Below, in pieces: positions 29,036-39,506 of a stretch of 64,000 bases of DNA; the stretch's first letter is position 1, and each line of letters begins with the position of its first letter. Location of the stretch: positions 96,001-160,000 of the IMG/VR virus record IMGVR_UViG_3300032167_000004. The stretch is one strand, 5' to 3'. A program made the position numbers and the translations under genes. The notes below the pieces were generated by a model, which was not told where the DNA came from, did no database searches, and saw only the letters and a list, made by a program, of their open reading frames with translations. The DNA comes from a virus (lineage: Duplodnaviria > Caudoviricetes).

Positions 29036-32000
29036 TACCAAACACCTCCAAGAATAGCCTCATCAACATATCTTTTTATTTCTGCTATATCTTCTTCAGT
29101 CCAATAATCAATACCACGAATCGGTATCGTACCTGGATCTTCGAGAGGTGCATCCATATCAATCCACAATGTACCATCAGGAACATCTAATGGCTCATCA
29201 TTTTGTGTATAGATTGTTTCTTCATCTTCTATTGTTATAGTATCTGTACTATTATCACCTTTAGTATATGTAATTATATTACCTTCTGCAGATAGACCAA
29301 TAATTGTATTATTGAATGTAGTGTTAATTTGCTCTGATACACTATTAGTACCAACTTTTGATTTTAATTCATCAAAATCTGTACTAGATGCAAAATCAGA
29401 TGCATGTTTACCATCTAAGGTATCTGCATCACCTGTAATATCAGCAGGAAGTTTACCATTATTATTTAATTTTAAAATCTTATTAGCTTGAGATGATGTG
29501 ACGACATCATTAATACTAACAAAATCATCTGCGTGTTTACCATCAACTGTATCAGAATTACCACCATCTGCAGGAAAAGATGAAGGGATATTATTAATTT
29601 TAGTATTTATACTATCTAATTCAGATTTAATTACTTTATTCTGTACAGGATTTGTACTGTTATTAGATAATGCCTCATCGATAATAGTTTTATTAGCATC
29701 TTTTTCAACACTATCTAATTTAACCTTATCATCTTTAGATAATAAACCATCTGTAACAGAATTTGCTAAAGTATAAGTAGTATTTTCACTAGGAGGAGTA
29801 TAACCTAATGCATCAGTGACATTATTTTTTGTTATACTAATATTAATACCATCCATACTATTATTAGTAGTAATAGTTACATTATTACCTGATAAAGATA
29901 ATGTATCTGTAGTAGTATTAGCAGTTATATTAGTACCATTTACAGATACAACACTAAATGCATTTTGGTTAGGTTCAGCATTAATAGGAGCATGATCGGA
30001 ATTAGCATGAGTCTTAGCAACATTCCAATTTTCTCTCTCTTCTGATGTAATATGAATATTATTGTTATTAGTATGGGTAGTTAAATCAGTATTTATTGCT
30101 TTCGCATTAACCTCTCTCTGTAATTCATCAATCAGTCTTTTTAATTCAACACCTTGTGCTGCACTTAACGGTTGATTTGTCACATTAGTAATCAAGTTAT
30201 CGACAATATCATTCACATTAACTTTATTAGTAGTGATACCCTCAATCAAACTCTTATTACTCTTAATATAAGCAACGATTTCACTTAATTGGTCTAAAGT
30301 TATATCATCACTATCAGCTAATACATTTAATCTTTGTGTTAAATTATTGATTAATAACCGAATATCTTCATGAGAAGAGGTATTTACATTATGATTAGAT
30401 ACTGCAGTATTTGCAGTACCAGAAGGATCAGCATTTACATCAGATGATGTTAATATAATATCAGTTTCTAAAGATTTATTATTAATCGTTCTAGAAGTAG
30501 GAACTTTATTATCTAATTCAGATTTAATTATTTTATTCTGTACAGGGTTTTCACTTGTATCAGATAATAAGCTATCAACAATAGTCTTATTAGCACCTTC
30601 ATCAATAGTATCCAGTTTAACTTTATCTGAAGATAACATTAAACCATCTTTTGTATCAGATACTACATTATATGTAGTATCTTTATCGGAAGGAGTATAA
30701 CCTAATGCATCAGTAACATTATCTTTTGTAATACTAATAGTAACTTTATCATTAGCTATATCAGGAGTAATAGTAACATTATCACCTAACAATTCTAATG
30801 TATCACTAGTATTATCAGCTATAATAAATGTATTACTAACTTTGATACTACTAAACGCATTCTGGTTCTTTTCAGCATCAGTAGGAGCATGAGCGGAATC
30901 TGCATGATTCTTAGCAGCATTCCAATTAGTTCTTTCTTCACCAGTAATATGACTATTATTACTAGTATGATCAGTTAAATCACTAGTTAATGCTTTATTA
31001 TTAACCTCAAGTACTAAATTATCAATTAATCTCTTTAATTCGACACCTTGAGATGCCGATAATACTTTTTTACCATCATTAGTGACTAAGTTATCAATAA
31101 TATCATCCACATTAACTTTACTAGTAGTGACACCTTTGATCAAGGATTCATTACTTTTAATATAAGTGATGATTTCACTTAATTGATCGAGGGTTTCATC
31201 ATCACTATCAGCTAAAGTATCTAATCTTTTTGTTAAATTAGTGATTAACAGACGAATATCATTATGTGCTGTATCATTTACATTATGATCAGATATAACA
31301 TTAGTTGCAGTACCAGAAGGATCTGCATTTACATCAGATGCTGTTAATGTAATATTAGATTCTAATGATTTATTATTGATAGTTCTTGATGTAGATACTT
31401 TTTCATTTAAAGCTTCATATATAACTTTATTCTGTACAGGATTTGTACTAGTTTCAGATAAACTACTATCTACAATAGTTTTATTAGCACCTTCGTCAAT
31501 AGTGTCTAATTTAGTTTTATCATCTTTAGATAATAAACCATCTGTAGTGTTAGATGCAATATTATAAGTTGTATCTTTAACGGGAGGATAATAACCTAAT
31601 GCATTAGCAACATTATCTTTCGTAATACCAATAGTAATTTTATCATTATCCATATCAGGAGTAATAGTAACATTATCTCCAGATATTTCTAATGTATCGG
31701 TAGTTGTATCCGATGCGATAATTATATTACCAACTCTAACATTACTAAATGCATTCTGATTCTTTTCTGCATCAATAGGAGCATGAGTGGAATTAGCATG
31801 ATTTTTAGCAGCATTCCAACCAGTTCGTTCCGTAGGAGTAATATGAATATCAATATCATCTTTATGATCAGTTAAATCACTAGCTAATGCTTTATTATTA
31901 ACTTCAGTTTCTAATAAAGTAATCAATCTCTTTAATTCAACACCTTGTGCTGCACTTAAAGGCTTTTTATTATCATTAGTAATTAAGTCATTAATAATAT

Positions 32001-34401
32001 CACTTACATTAATTTTATTAGTAGTGATACCTTCGATTAAAGACTTATTATTTTTAATATAAGTAACAATTTCACTTAATTGATCAAGAGCCTCATCATC
32101 ACTATCAACTAAAGCATCTAATCTTTTTGTTAAATTAGTGATTAAATTACGAATATCATTATGAGCATTTGTGTTAGTATTATGATCAGATACTATAGTA
32201 TTTGCAGTACCCTTAGGATCTACACCAATATCAGATGCATCTAAGGTTATATTAGATTCTAAAGATTTATTATTGATAGTTCTAGTAGTAGGTACTTTTT
32301 CATTTAAAGCTGAATTGATAACCTTATTCTGTACAGGGTTTTCACTTGTATCAGATAATAAGCTATCAACAATAGTCTTATTAGCACCTTCATCAATAGT
32401 ATCCAGTTTAATCTTATCTTCAGATAACATTAAACCATCTGTAATATCCGATACTACAGTATAAGTAGTATTTTCAGTAGGAGGAGTATATCCTAATGCA
32501 TCAGTAACATTATCCTTAGTAATTTCGGATCTAATGGTTTCTGATGACTTATTTTCAACATTACCTAATCCAATTTGAGATTTAGTAACTTGATGAGGAT
32601 TTTCTAAATTTTCAACGTGTAATTTAAGATCATTTTTATTAGCAGAATAGTTATTAAGTGCATTTTGTATTTGAGTAGATACATTATCAGTACCAACTTT
32701 TGATTTCAATTCGTTAAAATCTTCATTAAATACAAAATCAGATGCATGTTTACCATCTAATGTATCAGCATCACCTGTAATATCAGCAGGTAATTTAGCA
32801 TTAGAATTTAATCTCAATAATTTATTAGCTTGAGGTAAATCTACAACTTCATCTATATAGACAAAATCATCAGCATGTTTACCATCTAATGTATCAGCAT
32901 TACCACCATCTACAGGATTAGCTAATGATTTTGAAATATCATCTATTTTAGTATTAATATTATCTAATTCAGATTTAATAACTTTATTTTGTACAGGATT
33001 TTCACTAGTATCAGATAAACTACTATCTATAATAGTTTTAGTAGCACCTTCTTCAATAGTATCTAACTTAACCTTATCATCTTTAGATAATAATCCGTCT
33101 TTAGTAGAATCTGCTAAATCGTAAGTAGTATCTTTAGCACTAATTTCAATTTGACCAGATTCTCCTCCTAAGGTGATATTAGATCCTGCATTTATAGTTA
33201 AAGTGCTAGTAGGATCAGCTGCAGTAATTTTACGAGTATTATCTCCTATAACAGAAATAACAGAAAATGCATTTTGATTCTTATTAGCACCGTCTTCAAT
33301 AGTATCCAATTTAGCCTTATCATCTTTAGATAATAATCCGTCTTTAGTAGAATCTGCTAATTCGTAAGTAGTATCTTTAGCACTAATCGTGATATATTCA
33401 CTATCATCATTACTACTAAATGTTATATTATTACCAGATAATATATTTAAAGTATCAGTCTTTTCATTAGCTACAATATCAATAGTATTAAATTTGATTG
33501 TAGTGAATGCATTCTGATTAACTTCAGCACCTTCTTCAATATTATCTAATTTAATTTTATCCTCAGATAACATTAAACCATTTTTTGTATCGGATACTGT
33601 AGTATTAGGAATATTTATAGTCCTATTATTAACATTAGTTACATGACCGGTATTATCAGAAATAACCTGAGGTATTGTGAATGATTCACCAAAATTAGGA
33701 GATAAATCGTTTACAGGTCCACCACTATGTGTTACATATGATGGATGAGTATATTCACTATTAGGAGGAATAGCCCACTGACCATCAGCTCTTAAGAATT
33801 CATTACTATTTTCAGTTAATGATGGTACTAATCCATCTTTAGACTTAGTTACTACGTTATATGTAGTATCCTGAGTAGGAGGAGTATAACCTAATGCATC
33901 AGTAACATTTTCCTTAGTAATTTCAGATCTAATTGTTTCAGATGATTTATTTTCAACATTACTTAATCCTAATTGAGATTTAGTAACATTATGAGGATTC
34001 TCTAAATTTTCAACGTGTAGTTTAAGATCATCTTTATTGGCTTTATTACCAATTGCTTTGTTTAATAGTTCTATAACTTCTTTATTATCTTCAATCGCAG
34101 CATTTATTTCATACAAAGTATCTTTAGTTTCAGGCAAATCATTAAATAAAGTAGATATTTGATTATCTGTATAGCTTTTAGCATCATTTAATGCTTGGTT
34201 AGCAGAACCTAAAGGATCAGCTCCGATTTCTTCAGCTGTATGAGTATGATCTACACGTGATAATTCAAATTTAGAAGTAATTCCATTTTTAGTGATACTA
34301 ATAAAACCATCTGATGATACGGATACATTTTCAATATACTTACTTTTTAATAAATCAATTAAATAATTTAATTGTTCATCTTTTACCATCTTTTCAGTCA
34401 T
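29035..34401 (-). CDS. Long repetitive tail-fibre protein (1788 aa)
   Basis: Three ~300-aa SDDxxLDQLSEIxxYIK modules, DGLMSxxDKxKLD, SENPVQNKVI, NPHxVTKSQ, ADTLDGKH repeats. Confidence 0.85.
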   Translation of the reverse strand: MTEKMVKDEQLNYLIDLLKSKYIENVSVSSDGFISITKNGITSKFELSRVDHTHTAEEIGADPLGSANQALNDAKSYTDNQISTLFNDLPETKDTLYEINAAIEDNKEVIELLNKAIGNKANKDDLKLHVENLENPHNVTKSQLGLSNVENKSSETIRSEITKENVTDALGYTPPTQDTTYNVVTKSKDGLVPSLTENSNEFLRADGQWAIPPNSEYTHPSYVTHSGGPVNDLSPNFGESFTIPQVISDNTGHVTNVNNRTINIPNTTVSDTKNGLMLSEDKIKLDNIEEGAEVNQNAFTTIKFNTIDIVANEKTDTLNILSGNNITFSSNDDSEYITISAKDTTYELADSTKDGLLSKDDKAKLDTIEDGANKNQNAFSVISVIGDNTRKITAADPTSTLTINAGSNITLGGESGQIEISAKDTTYDLADSTKDGLLSKDDKVKLDTIEEGATKTIIDSSLSDTSENPVQNKVIKSELDNINTKIDDISKSLANPVDGGNADTLDGKHADDFVYIDEVVDLPQANKLLRLNSNAKLPADITGDADTLDGKHASDFVFNEDFNELKSKVGTDNVSTQIQNALNNYSANKNDLKLHVENLENPHQVTKSQIGLGNVENKSSETIRSEITKDNVTDALGYTPPTENTTYTVVSDITDGLMLSEDKIKLDTIDEGANKTIVDSLLSDTSENPVQNKVINSALNEKVPTTRTINNKSLESNITLDASDIGVDPKGTANTIVSDHNTNTNAHNDIRNLITNLTKRLDALVDSDDEALDQLSEIVTYIKNNKSLIEGITTNKINVSDIINDLITNDNKKPLSAAQGVELKRLITLLETEVNNKALASDLTDHKDDIDIHITPTERTGWNAAKNHANSTHAPIDAEKNQNAFSNVRVGNIIIASDTTTDTLEISGDNVTITPDMDNDKITIGITKDNVANALGYYPPVKDTTYNIASNTTDGLLSKDDKTKLDTIDEGANKTIVDSSLSETSTNPVQNKVIYEALNEKVSTSRTINNKSLESNITLTASDVNADPSGTATNVISDHNVNDTAHNDIRLLITNLTKRLDTLADSDDETLDQLSEIITYIKSNESLIKGVTTSKVNVDDIIDNLVTNDGKKVLSASQGVELKRLIDNLVLEVNNKALTSDLTDHTSNNSHITGEERTNWNAAKNHADSAHAPTDAEKNQNAFSSIKVSNTFIIADNTSDTLELLGDNVTITPDIANDKVTISITKDNVTDALGYTPSDKDTTYNVVSDTKDGLMLSSDKVKLDTIDEGANKTIVDSLLSDTSENPVQNKIIKSELDNKVPTSRTINNKSLETDIILTSSDVNADPSGTANTAVSNHNVNTSSHEDIRLLINNLTQRLNVLADSDDITLDQLSEIVAYIKSNKSLIEGITTNKVNVNDIVDNLITNVTNQPLSAAQGVELKRLIDELQREVNAKAINTDLTTHTNNNNIHITSEERENWNVAKTHANSDHAPINAEPNQNAFSVVSVNGTNITANTTTDTLSLSGNNVTITTNNSMDGINISITKNNVTDALGYTPPSENTTYTLANSVTDGLLSKDDKVKLDSVEKDANKTIIDEALSNNSTNPVQNKVIKSELDSINTKINNIPSSFPADGGNSDTVDGKHADDFVSINDVVTSSQANKILKLNNNGKLPADITGDADTLDGKHASDFASSTDFDELKSKVGTNSVSEQINTTFNNTIIGLSAEGNIITYTKGDNSTDTITIEDEETIYTQNDEPLDVPDGTLWIDMDAPLEDPGTIPIRGIDYWTEEDIAEIKRYVDEAILGGVW

Positions 34402-34436
34402 AAAATAAAATCACCACCTATAATAATCTAATATAT

Positions 34437-34448
34437 TATAGAACTGTT
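34437..34448 (-). promoter_or_regulatory. Putative late promoter AACA-N6-TA
   Basis: Minus strand AACAGTTCTATA. Confidence 0.6.
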
Positions 34449-34474
34449 TAATTAATGAATTTTTGTAGTAAAAA

Positions 34475-34513
34475 ATATAGACATATAGGCTAATAATGCC
34501 TATATGTCTATAT
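34475..34513 (-). terminator. Terminator hairpin
   Basis: ATATAGACATATAGGC-7nt-GCCTATATGTCTATAT, minus-strand U-tract. Confidence 0.75.
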
Positions 34514-34613
34514 ATGATAGTTTTTGAATAAGATAAAGAATTTGAAATTTTATAAAAACTTTATTATTCTTCATTATTTTCATTATTATATTATGTGTAA
34601 TATATTATAATCA

Positions 34614-35717
34614 TCATATAGTAAATCTAACCCAAATATATACAATACCGGGCATTAATTTTCTGTATAAATCATCTCCTATATAAAAACAATTTGTATA
34701 CATGCTAAATACAGAACCATAACCCATGGCTCCTGTTGAACCGTATTGTATAACACTGTGTGATGCATTACCAATCGTTATAGAACTTGCAATATGAGCG
34801 GCTGTACTATTATCATGAAACCCTCCATTTCTTATATCTTCAAAAAGTAACATAATACTATCTGATGGATATTTGACATTATCGTGATAAATTTTTATGT
34901 CTGACGTTGCTGATTCTGCTAATGTAATCGAACCACTAAGTATTGAGTGTCCTTCAATATTACCACCACTTTCAATCGCCGTAATCAGTGCTGCCAGACC
35001 GTCCACTTTCGTTCCATCAGGAACTTCAACACCTTTTTCAGTAAGAGCAGCAATAGCAGCAGACACGGCACTATCAATAGAGTTATCCAATCCTACCGTA
35101 CCACCACTTGTATAACCAGCAGGAATACTGACAGATTTTGTATTGATACCATCCATTGTCTGAGACACACTACCATTATTAGGAATACCGCCGGATACAC
35201 CAAAAATACTTTTACCACTAAGGATATTTTCAGCCTTTAAATTTGCATCACCCTTAACGATAGTCGCTCCTGTGGTATAAACACCGGATGAAACGGCAGT
35301 TTTATCTGAAGTTCCGGGGGTAATGGTTTGCGCCGCCTGAGTTGTTAACTGTTTTGTCCCACTTTTAGTGCCAGCAGAAACATATCCTTCTGTCTGAGTA
35401 GACGTAGCAGTAATTTTACCTGCACTGTCAATGCTTATACTAGGAGTCGCCTGAGTAACTACACCAACACTTTTCAACACATCATTTTCATAATTACCGG
35501 CAGGAATATTAACAGTATTTCCATTAACAGATACATCATTACCTGTCTTATTAGGAATATTACCAGCTATCATTTTGTCATCAACATAAGCTGTATAACC
35601 ACTTAAAATTTTAGATGAAGTTGCTGTTGCATCAGATGTATCAATTGGTTTCGGCAAATTAGATGCAGCATTCAGAATATCTTGAAGTGCTGTTGTATTT
35701 GTTTTTATCTGACTCAC
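34614..35717 (-). CDS. Tail-fibre/receptor-binding-like protein
   Basis: IPAGY..GG, GDANLKAENILSGKSIFGV, KGVEVPDGTKVDGLAALI motifs. Confidence 0.75.
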   Translation of the reverse strand: MSQIKTNTTALQDILNAASNLPKPIDTSDATATSSKILSGYTAYVDDKMIAGNIPNKTGNDVSVNGNTVNIPAGNYENDVLKSVGVVTQATPSISIDSAGKITATSTQTEGYVSAGTKSGTKQLTTQAAQTITPGTSDKTAVSSGVYTTGATIVKGDANLKAENILSGKSIFGVSGGIPNNGSVSQTMDGINTKSVSIPAGYTSGGTVGLDNSIDSAVSAAIAALTEKGVEVPDGTKVDGLAALITAIESGGNIEGHSILSGSITLAESATSDIKIYHDNVKYPSDSIMLLFEDIRNGGFHDNSTAAHIASSITIGNASHSVIQYGSTGAMGYGSVFSMYTNCFYIGDDLYRKLMPGIVYIWVRFTI

Positions 35718-35721
35718 ATTA

Positions 35722-36117
35722 TCACTCCTTCTTTTGTATTAGATTTAATATATATTCTAAATCATTAATATCAGCATTATAAAATTCATGATTCCAGAGC
35801 CAATGATCTTGGTGCTCTGGTCTTTTATATTTTTGACATAAAGAATCTTCCCAAATACGATCCCAACGATCTTGATAATTAGAATCTTTACGTCTTAAAA
35901 TAGTATTAATTTTATTTGTTAATTCACCACGACGAATACCATTATTATCTTCATTAATAGAAAAATGAAGATGGGCATTTTCTGATGTTATTAAACATAA
36001 AGGTTTATTATTATGATAAATTATACCATTATGTTCTTCACATATAGTAAGAGCGGGGATATTTACATCCCCGCAAATTGCTTTATCTTTAAATCTTTTA
36101 TGAGTTATATATTGCAT
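35722..36117 (-). CDS. Hypothetical protein of a family I recall downstream of DGR loci in Clostridia prophages
   Basis: MQYITHKRFK..AICG.VNIP...SENAH..F..N.D..G..RG.L...W...W.D.LCQKY...HWLWNH.FY. Confidence 0.7.
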   Translation of the reverse strand: MQYITHKRFKDKAICGDVNIPALTICEEHNGIIYHNNKPLCLITSENAHLHFSINEDNNGIRRGELTNKINTILRRKDSNYQDRWDRIWEDSLCQKYKRPEHQDHWLWNHEFYNADINDLEYILNLIQKKE

Positions 36118-36181
36118 TTTAGTATTTACACCCTTTTAGTTCTTTTTATATACATAAAATAATATGTTTATTTTATATGTT

Positions 36182-36216
36182 CAGAAACCCGCCAACTTTC
36201 GTTGGCTTGATTTCTG
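36182..36216 (-). other. DGR-type target hairpin (GCCAAC-GAAA-GTTGGC with extended outer stem)
   Basis: Core hairpin about 20 nt downstream of the stop codon of the CLec-type gene; GNRA loop. Confidence 0.65.
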
Positions 36217-36226
36217 TGATTTTGGA

Positions 36227-37666
36227 TTAGACCATGAAAGCTGGGGCGACGCCATAAGAATAGTAAGTAGCAATAACAGTAGGGCCATTATGGTCAGCAT
36301 AACAGAAATAATTTGTGCTATTATATTGAACAGATCGCTCCCACCAACACGCAGTCGAACCAGTTGCGGAATGTCTGTACTTCACTTTGCTGTTACCAGC
36401 GGAGAAATATTCGTACTGCATCTGATAATTCTGCTCAAAACTGTTTGCAAATTTACGAGTACCAAAAATTTCAAATTCTGCAAGCAAAGGTAGGTAATCA
36501 ATCGTGACAGTAACTGCTTCTTCTGTATTATCTTTATTACCAACATTGTTTGTCCATTTCGTGATTGGCTTCATAACAGCTCTCAAATCAGTAGGAAAAC
36601 AAGACATCAGAGTATTAGCAACAGGATTTGTTGCACAGGTTGGTGTAGCATCATAGCCAACATCCCCAGATGCTGGGCTCTTGCCATAATTTTTAGGAGC
36701 AACGTCTGTGCTACCGAGTATATCATATCGCATGTCACTTCTTGCCCAACCACCATGGTTTGGAAACCCCCAGTGGTTCATGTTAAAATACTTAGTACCA
36801 TCGGTTGCTGAGCTGCTATATTTACTATCAATTAAACAAACATCAATTCCGCTAGAACCAGAGTCGGTCTTAAAACCGCCGAACTGAATGCCGGAACCTT
36901 CCTTATCCTTGTTGTGGTCAAAGCCGAGGATGTACACCCACAGGGTAGTATCCAATGCCAATGTTCCCATAGTGCCGGACAGAGGGACAGCCTTGCAATC
37001 ACCTACAGACCAGTAATTTCTACCAGTACCTGCATCAGAGATTTCACGAATCTTTGCCCAAGATACAGCATTTAATGTAAGTAAATCAGTAGATAATTCT
37101 AATGAATAATTAGTTTCTTCAGTGATAGACACGGTTTCAGACAGAGATTTACCATCCTTTGTAACAGTAAACACCCAATCGCCAGCATCTCTGATGGTAA
37201 AGTTCACAATACCACTAGAACCAGCAGTTTGACTATAACTTGAACTACCCTTAACAGCAGTAACAACAGTACCTTCTGATGTACTTACAGTAACTTTTGC
37301 AGCAAAAAAATCTAATTCAGTAAAAAAGTTATTACTAACATTTACAGTCTTAGAATTAGAATCTACACCATCAATTTTTGCAGAAACAGTCCAATCACCA
37401 GTTGAATCTACTTCCAACACACATGAACTATCAGATGAAACACCTGTCACAGATTTTTCACCATTCGTTGCAGTAACAGTTGCACCACTATCTACAGTAA
37501 CACCAATATTATATTTTGAAATAGTTTTTACAGATGTTTTATCTACTAATGCAGTAGTAATCTGTTCAATTAAATTAGTTTGAGCATTTACTTCAGTATT
37601 AATAATATTTGCAGTCTCTAAAAGAGATTGTAATTCAGTTGTATTTTGTTTTAAAGGTGAACTCAT
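36227..37666 (-). CDS. Tail-associated protein with C-terminal DUF6273/C-type-lectin-like DGR variable region
   Basis: SW..I...S..G.....W.VGD.K, ILGFDH, GGW..S.MR, LL.EFEIFG, WWERS...FC....G......GVAPAF C-terminus; 3' half more GC-rich than the genome. Confidence 0.8.
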   Translation of the reverse strand: MSSPLKQNTTELQSLLETANIINTEVNAQTNLIEQITTALVDKTSVKTISKYNIGVTVDSGATVTATNGEKSVTGVSSDSSCVLEVDSTGDWTVSAKIDGVDSNSKTVNVSNNFFTELDFFAAKVTVSTSEGTVVTAVKGSSSYSQTAGSSGIVNFTIRDAGDWVFTVTKDGKSLSETVSITEETNYSLELSTDLLTLNAVSWAKIREISDAGTGRNYWSVGDCKAVPLSGTMGTLALDTTLWVYILGFDHNKDKEGSGIQFGGFKTDSGSSGIDVCLIDSKYSSSATDGTKYFNMNHWGFPNHGGWARSDMRYDILGSTDVAPKNYGKSPASGDVGYDATPTCATNPVANTLMSCFPTDLRAVMKPITKWTNNVGNKDNTEEAVTVTIDYLPLLAEFEIFGTRKFANSFEQNYQMQYEYFSAGNSKVKYRHSATGSTACWWERSVQYNSTNYFCYADHNGPTVIATYYSYGVAPAFMV

Positions 37667-37690
37667 TTCATATCATTCCTCCTTTAATAG

Positions 37691-37984
37691 TTAAAGTATT
37701 TGTTCGACCATATTATAAAATTCGTCAGAAGAAATTGGTTGTTCAGAAATTTCACCTTCTAAGGAAATTCTTTCATCCACTCTTCTTTGGATTTCTTCCT
37801 GCCATTCGGTGGGGACTTCGGAAATTGTGACTTCGCCGTTGTAAATGGAATCTACCAGGGCAGCTTTCTGACGGATTTCGGTCAGGAGTCGGTTATATTC
37901 GGATTCGGTGATTTCTACACCGCCAGGGCCTGTGCCGATGGCGATAAGTTTACCGGATTCGTTGTATTGTGCGTAGTATCTCAT
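37691..37984 (-). CDS. Small tail-module protein (MRYYAQYN family, copy 1)
   Basis: Paralog of 41937..42230; ATGA overlap with upstream gene, GGAGG RBS. Confidence 0.75.
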   Translation of the reverse strand: MRYYAQYNESGKLIAIGTGPGGVEITESEYNRLLTEIRQKAALVDSIYNGEVTISEVPTEWQEEIQRRVDERISLEGEISEQPISSDEFYNMVEQIL

Positions 37985-38634
37985 ACCAGACCTCCTATGA
38001 ACCATCTAAATGTTATGCCACCGTCAAAATATTCTGCATCGCTACTTATCGCACTATCGTAAGAAATAGTATTTGTATTTCGATCAACGGTCACCTTAAA
38101 AACGCTACCATTGGGAATATTGGTTACATAATTAGATCCTCCTCCGCTAACACCACTAAGCACACCATTAACCTCAATTAAATACGTATACCTGATATAT
38201 ACTTTGCTATTTGTCTTCAATGCAGATTCAGCAAGAATTACAAAAACAAAGTCACCCTCTGGTATAGCTGCGCCAATTGTAATTGACTGTGTATAATTGC
38301 TAGGTGTAATAGTTCCAGTCGAAACTCCTCCACCACCGGCTTCAATCGCAGCAATCAGTGCCGCCAGACCATCCACATTCATTCCACTAGGAACCTCAAT
38401 ACCTTTATCGGTCAAAGCATCTACAATCGGAGCTAAATAACTACCAGCCGCATCACCTTCAAGAGCGGTAGTTACCTGTGCCAATAAATCAGTCTGTATA
38501 TTCACTTCATTATTAGCATCATCAACATGAGTTTTCATAGTATCTAAACTCATAGTTCCTGTAGTACCAGATAAAACTCTGATTTTGTCGGCAATGGAAG
38601 TTAAACTTGCATCTTTAATTAAATATTCAGCCAT
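37981..38634 (-). CDS. Putative fibre-tip/receptor-binding protein
   Basis: LTSIADKIR N-terminus, KGIEVPSG..VDGLAALI, variable C-domain. Confidence 0.7.
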   Translation of the reverse strand: MAEYLIKDASLTSIADKIRVLSGTTGTMSLDTMKTHVDDANNEVNIQTDLLAQVTTALEGDAAGSYLAPIVDALTDKGIEVPSGMNVDGLAALIAAIEAGGGGVSTGTITPSNYTQSITIGAAIPEGDFVFVILAESALKTNSKVYIRYTYLIEVNGVLSGVSGGGSNYVTNIPNGSVFKVTVDRNTNTISYDSAISSDAEYFDGGITFRWFIGGLV

Positions 38635-39362
38635 TAGAAGCTCGCCTCCTCTGCATTAGGAACAGTAGACCAGGAAGCTTTACCACCTACAACTCTTAAA
38701 AACTGACCATTATTAGTTGTTGAACAAGAGGGAATATGAATATTTTCATTATTAGTATGAGTAGTTAAATCACTACTCAGTGCTTTCTTACCAACTTCAG
38801 TTTCTAATAATGTAATTAATCTCTTTAATTCAACACCTTGTGCTGCACTTAAAGGTTTATTAGTAACATTGGTTGTTAAATTATTAATAATATCACTTAC
38901 ATTAACCTTATTAGTAGTAATACCTTCAATTAATGATTTATTACTCTTAATATAAGCGACAACTTCACTCATCTGATCTAATGTAGTGTCATCACTATCA
39001 GCTAATGTATTTAATCTAGTTGTTAAATTAGTGATTAAAGTTCTAATATCACTATGAGCAGATGTATTTATATTATGATTAGATACAGCAGTATTTGCAG
39101 TACCAGAAGCATCTGCACCTACTTCAGAAGCTGTATATTTAGGTTTCGTAGAAGCCTTTGCCCAAGCAGGAACAGTAGGATCTGTTTCTGCCTGTAATGC
39201 ACTATTTGCTTTATTAATAGAAGCTTGTAAATCAGTATCTAAATCATTTTTAGATACTCTATTTTTTGTTGATAATTCACCAAGATTATTTATAGCTTCA
39301 CCTACATGTGAAACAATATGATTCCAAAATCTTTGTAAACCATTTTTATCTAAAGATTCCAT
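38634..39362 (-). CDS. Fibre adaptor protein
   Basis: LDKNGLQRFW N-terminus, ETDPTVPAWAK, SDDTTLDQMSE module; start moved to ATG 39362 (AGGAGG). Confidence 0.75.
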   Translation of the reverse strand: MESLDKNGLQRFWNHIVSHVGEAINNLGELSTKNRVSKNDLDTDLQASINKANSALQAETDPTVPAWAKASTKPKYTASEVGADASGTANTAVSNHNINTSAHSDIRTLITNLTTRLNTLADSDDTTLDQMSEVVAYIKSNKSLIEGITTNKVNVSDIINNLTTNVTNKPLSAAQGVELKRLITLLETEVGKKALSSDLTTHTNNENIHIPSCSTTNNGQFLRVVGGKASWSTVPNAEEASF

Positions 39363-39401
39363 ATAATTTATATTCCTCCTTTTAAAAAGGTTCATGTATA
39401 A

Positions 39402-39473
39402 TTAAAAAGTTACAGGAACTTTAAATAATAAAATTGATAATAAAGATATAAAAATAAGAATAGCTTTTTTCAT
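39402..39473 (-). CDS. 23-aa signal-peptide-like micro-ORF (or truncated gene)
   Basis: AAGGATGG RBS; MKKAILIFISLLSILLFKVPVTF*. Confidence 0.45.
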   Translation of the reverse strand: MKKAILIFISLLSILLFKVPVTF

Positions 39474-39506
39474 AATAAAACCATCCTTTATAAATTTTAT
39501 TATCTT

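Noticed and set aside
36157-36181. Late promoter upstream of 35722..36117
   Set aside because: Two AACA cores are present but neither has TA at the 6-nt spacing; not counted.
36100-36230. Complete DGR (TR, avd, RT) in the window
   Set aside because: No AAC-rich template copy and no RT motif seen; only ~110 bp separate the target from the next gene.
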